Assembly (NCBI RefSeq): GCF_036971445.1
Contig: NC_091471.1
Span: 357,678,001 to 357,742,000, forward strand
DNA: 64,000 nucleotides
From: Narcine bancroftii
Taxonomy: Eukaryota
Reading direction: 5' to 3'
Part shown: in pieces, positions 61,010-64,000 of the stretch
Layout: every line of letters begins with the position of its first letter
Position numbering within the stretch: position 1 is the stretch's first letter
Notes under the pieces: generated by a model
Told to the model about the DNA's origin: nothing
The model's database searches: none
The model's input: the letters and a program-made list of their open reading frames with translations, nothing else
Program-made: the position numbers and the translations under genes

Positions 61010-61279
61010 GATCAAAAGATCTTGGAGGATCTTTCCTGGATCCAACACACCAATGGCATCATGAAGGAAGCACGTCAGCGCCTCTACTTCCTCCGAAATT
61101 TGCAGAGGTTTGATATGATACCAGAAACCCTGGCAAATTTCTCGAGGTGTGGTGAAAAATGTACTGACCGGTTGCATCACGGTCTGGAATAAGAGCACCA
61201 ATACCCTTGAGCATAAAGCCCTCTATACGGGGTAGTGAACACAGCCCAGGACATCATCGGCAAAGCCCTCCCCACCATT
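61010..61279 (+). mobile_element. Rex1/Babar LINE fragment, left part; continues at 63907-64000
   Basis: KEARQRLYFLRNL and VLTGCITVW-type sequence; continuity ccccaccatt|gagtacatct is restored when the L1 is removed. Confidence 0.8.
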
Positions 61280-63906
61280 TATTGAAAAATATTTTATTTA
61301 AATTTTCCATACATCTATTCATATCAAAATACAAAATATAAATGTAATCATATCAAATCCATTATACATGATGGTTTTATAAACCCCCAAAAAGAAAATA
61401 AAAATAAAACCCCCTCCCCCCAATTAATAACCCCAATAGGGATAGAAAAGAAGGAAGAGAGAAGGAAAAAGAATACAATTAGTAAAGAAACAAAAAAAAA
61501 ATCCTGGCTGCCTTTCACTCGATTCTAATCTTTTTCAATTTTATTTATTTATTTCAAGGAGTTAACAAGGTTTCATGAGGTTTAGGAACAGCCATTTATA
61601 CCTAAAAAATGTAAATATGGGCACAAATTTTTCAAAAATGTATTTTTATTTCTCAAGTTGTATGTAATCTTCTCAAGAGGGATACAGCTGTGAATTTCCA
61701 CATGCCATCTTTCCAAAGCTAAACAAGAATCTGATTTCCACGTCACTGTCATACATTTTCTTGCAACTGCTAATGCAATTTTTTACAAATTTCTTTTGAT
61801 ATAAATTCAATTTTAATTTTGGTCTTATCCCTGAAATGTAACCCAGTAAAAATAACATTGGATCTTGTGGAAATTTAGTTCCTGTGACTTTCTCCAAAAT
61901 ATTTCCTAATTCTATCCAAAATGGTCTCAATTTTGGACATGGAAAAAAGATCTGACTTCAATCTATTTATTTTTGTGGGATAAGATATAATTTATGTAAA
62001 AAATTATATTGAACCAATCTATATCTAGCATTTATTGTATTTGTCATACTATCTAAGCATACATCCGACCAATTTTTCTCCCCAATAATAATATTTAAAT
62101 CTGTCTCCCACCTCTATCTAGATCTATGAATTTCCTGCTTTTGATTTCCCTTTTGCAAAAATGTACACAGCTAATATAAATTTCTCAATAGATTTATTAA
62201 GAATCAAGGCTTTTTTTCACCACTTTTAGGTAATCACATTATTGGGCCCAGTTTCTCTCATAAATATGCTTTTATTTAATAATATTGCATCTTGTATCCT
62301 ATATTTATTTTTTAATTGTTCAAATGACATTAAATTTCCTCCTTCATAACAATCTTCTACATTTCTAATTCCCTTAGAGAACCAAATATTCAAAAGTTGA
62401 TTATTTATTGTAAATGGGATGTCTATTTTTGATTCAAAGGCATTTTAGCTAAACCATGGTTCCTTGTTCCCATTTCAGTATTTGCTTTATACCATATATT
62501 AATCAAACGCTTCAACATATCACCAAATATTAATCCCAGTTCCCATTTAGATACAAAATCTTCTGGCATCTTTTCTCCAATCTTTTCCATTTCGATCTTA
62601 ATCCATGCTGGTTTCTCTCCCTCTTCAAAAAAGAGAAATCTCATTTGTGTTGCCTTATAATATTTAAAATTTGGAAGTTGTAGGCCGCCTCCTGGTTCAA
62701 ATTTTCATGTTAATTTTTCTAAGGAAAGCCTCAACATCTTACCCTTCCAAAGATATTTCCTGTCATATTTACTTAATTCCTGAAAAAAATTCTGTGGTAA
62801 GAATATAAGCAATGTTTAAAAATGTATTGCACTCCAGGAAATACATTAATTTTAAATCAATTAACTTTTCCCAATAATGTTATGGCAATTCTATCAATTT
62901 TTTTTCAAATCTTCAATTTTCTTAAGGGGAATAATTTATTTTATATAGATTATTTAATTATCTATCCTTATTCCTAATTATTTTATTTGCCATTTAAATT
63001 GGAGATATCTTTGATACGGAGTATAGTTACCTCTAGGAAGCGGCATAATTTAACTTTTAACCCAATTTACTTTATAACTGGATACTATCCCATATTCTTT
63101 TAATCTTATATTCCTTGCAGTTTATTTAAAAACTTTTAATATCAAAGTCAGATTGAATCAGTTCTGCAAGTTGTTCAATTGCTAAAATAAATAAAGCTGG
63201 AGATAATGGACACCCTTGCCTACTAGATCTAGTTAAATGAAAAGGTACAGGTATCTGCCCATTGTTATGACATTATATAAAGCTTTAATCCAATTTTCAA
63301 AATTTATCCCAACCCAAATTTTTCAAACACTTTAAACAAAAAGTCCCATTCTAATCTATCAAACACTTTTTCTGCATCTAAAGCCACCGCTTCACTTAAA
63401 TCCCCCTCTTTGTTTTGTGCTAGACGTATTATACTCAATAATCTGGTCACATTATCTGCTAATTATCTTTTTTTAAAAATCCAGTCTGATCCATATTTAT
63501 TAACTTTGTTAAAAATTTTGCCAACCTATTTGCTAATATCTTTTGCTACGATTTTATAATCTGTATTTAATAATGAAATAGGTCTATATGATAATGTCTA
63601 TAAAGCATTATTATTGCTGTGTTAAAAGATTCTGGTAAAGTATGTGTTTCTGCCACCTGTCCTAATACCTCCATAAAAGGGGGGATAAATAAATCTTTAA
63701 ATTATTTATAAAATTCAGGTGGGAATCCATCTTCTGCTGGAGATTTATTACTTTGTAACAAGCTCAATGCTTCCCTCACTTCTATTGGGGTGAAGTAGGC
63801 ACCCAGTTCTCTTTGATCTTCCAAATTTAATTTTGGTAAATTTATTTGTGCCAAAAGATTATCTATTTTATCATCATTTTGAGATACTGACTTGAATAAC
63901 TTTGTA
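61280..63906 (-). mobile_element. L1-clade LINE ORF2, decayed and 5'-truncated, inserted in Rex1
   Basis: Minus-strand KSPAEDGFPPEFYK, YRPISLLNTDYKI, ALDAEKVFDRLEW, RSSRQGCPLSPALF, RPFWIELG; TSD caccatt at 61273-61279 and 63907-63913. Confidence 0.92.
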
Positions 63907-64000
63907 CACCATTGAGTACATCTATAGGGTGTGCTGTTATTGGAGAGCAGCAGCAATCATCAAAGACCCACATCTCCCATTACATGCTCTGTTCTCACTG
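63907..64000 (+). mobile_element. Rex1/Babar LINE fragment, right part
   Basis: gagtacatctatagggtg...gcagcaatcatcaaagacccac matches the same part of 21345-21840. Confidence 0.7.

Overview
Vertebrate nuclear DNA, AT-rich, and repeat-dense. The repeat set (HE1-type V-SINEs, CR1, Rex1/Babar, AT-rich L1, Penelope-like elements with the tgctgcctgacctgctgagtttctccagca terminus) points to a cartilaginous fish, probably a ray; that is inference from repeat content alone. I could not identify any host protein-coding exon with confidence, so the window reads as a large intron or intergenic region. All long ORFs with recognisable domains are retroelement-derived. Contents: seven young 5'-truncated copies of one RTE-clade LINE (AviRTE-like, two subfamilies, one with an intact 454-aa RT ORF); older L1, CR1, Rex1/Babar and Penelope (GIY-YIG) fragments, some nested; solo LTRs; Tigger-, hAT- and Harbinger-like non-autonomous DNA transposons; two minisatellites; several long hairpins. 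No new multi-gene system is supported. The most interesting signals are small in scale: snap-back templated inserts at RTE 5' junctions, degenerate hammerhead-like motifs with an apparent C3U core variant in Penelope termini, CACCTG-array MITEs with AAA flanks, and a ~330-bp palindrome. Boundaries of old repeats are approximate.
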